Part shown: piece after piece, positions 63,725 through 64,000 of the stretch | Layout of the letters: every line of letters starts with the position of its first letter | How positions within the stretch are numbered: the first letter of the stretch is position 1 | NCBI GenBank assembly: GCA_046484325.1 | Contig: JAWOJB010000054.1 | Location: forward strand, 2,287 to 66,286 | DNA: 64,000 nucleotides | Origin: Acidimicrobiia bacterium | GTDB lineage: Bacteria; Actinomycetota; Acidimicrobiia; Spongiisociales; ZC4RG35 | Direction: 5' to 3' | Made by a program: the position numbers and the translations under genes | The notes under the pieces: generated by a model | Told to the model about the DNA's origin: nothing | The model's database searches: none | What the model saw: only the letters and a program-made list of their open reading frames with translations

Positions 63725-64000
63725 CTATCGGTCGCCCTGGTCGTTCAGCGATCGCTCCAGCCGGTCGACGAACACCCGCTGGGCGGGGTTGAGCCGCCGG
63801 CGGGCCTGCCCGGGGTCGAACCAGCCGACCCGGTCGATCTCGGGGAATCTGGCGACGCGGCCGGAGCCGGGCGGCCACGCCATCTCGAAGGTCCCCGGTC
63901 GCAGCGTGTCGGGGTCGAGCTCTGCCTCGACCGCCCAGGCCGCCACCATCTTGCCGGAGCGAAGCCGGCAATCCCCGAGGGGCCGGTAGCCGGTGTCCGG
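63725..64000 (-). CDS. NUDIX-family pyrophosphohydrolase-like protein, C-terminal part (5' end outside the window)
   Basis: The frame is open to the window edge. SGKMVAAWAVEAELDPDTLRPGTFEMAWPPGSGRVARFPEIDRVGWF matches the COG4112-type NUDIX C-terminal region. Confidence 0.6.
   Translation of the reverse strand, partial: PDTGYRPLGDCRLRSGKMVAAWAVEAELDPDTLRPGTFEMAWPPGSGRVARFPEIDRVGWFDPGQARRRLNPAQRVFVDRLERSLNDQGDR

Overview
High-GC (roughly 70%), gene-dense chromosomal segment. It is almost certainly from an Actinomycetota genome: it has a dnaK-grpE-dnaJ-hspR operon, GTTCACC PHO boxes upstream of pstS, Thr-rich lipoprotein linkers and many GTGA/ATGA start-stop overlaps. An Acidimicrobiia-like lineage is my guess only. 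I call 64 protein-coding genes plus two gene fragments. I saw no rRNA, tRNA, CRISPR, transposase, integrase or phage genes, so this looks like core genome rather than a mobile island. Blocks in order: (1) a respiratory copper/heme block: an FeS-MvhD-cytochrome c fusion, cytochrome c, two Sco-like proteins and PCuAC; (2) SDR, an FeS-type (6-4) photolyase-like protein, acyl-CoA dehydrogenase and TetR; (3) a phosphate island: ppk1, PHO boxes, pstSCAB, phoU, response regulator and histidine kinase; (4) dxs, CapA and a PQQ-like propeller protein; (5) thioesterase and M20 amidohydrolase; (6) PadR, a HAAS-NfeD fusion and an SPFH protein; (7) a gamma-glutamylation type amine catabolic cluster (GS-like, SDR, ALDH, GATase1); (8) mscL and clpB; (9) a YVTN propeller protein, kynureninase, an ABC-2 exporter and an Fe3+-type ABC importer; (10) a HypC-like gene, a gene with a HypC-like C-terminal domain and a decayed radical SAM activase; (11) a 1018-aa wHTH-TPR-TM-propeller protein; (12) two single-domain cNMP-binding proteins; (13) the hspR-dnaJ-grpE-dnaK operon; (14) an acyl-CoA ligase; (15) an operon of orphan DNA methyltransferase, LMW-PTP, fructosamine kinase and HAD protein; (16) a Pat-like GNAT, msrB and a partial NUDIX gene. 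The most unusual signals are not coding. One is a family of tandem 7-bp repeat arrays (unit NNTGCGC and the drifting relative GTGNGAC) that sit in six intergenic regions, mostly starting right after stop codons. The other is a dispersed ~47-bp double-palindrome element present three times at gene 3' ends. All functional calls come from motif recognition by eye. No database search was run.
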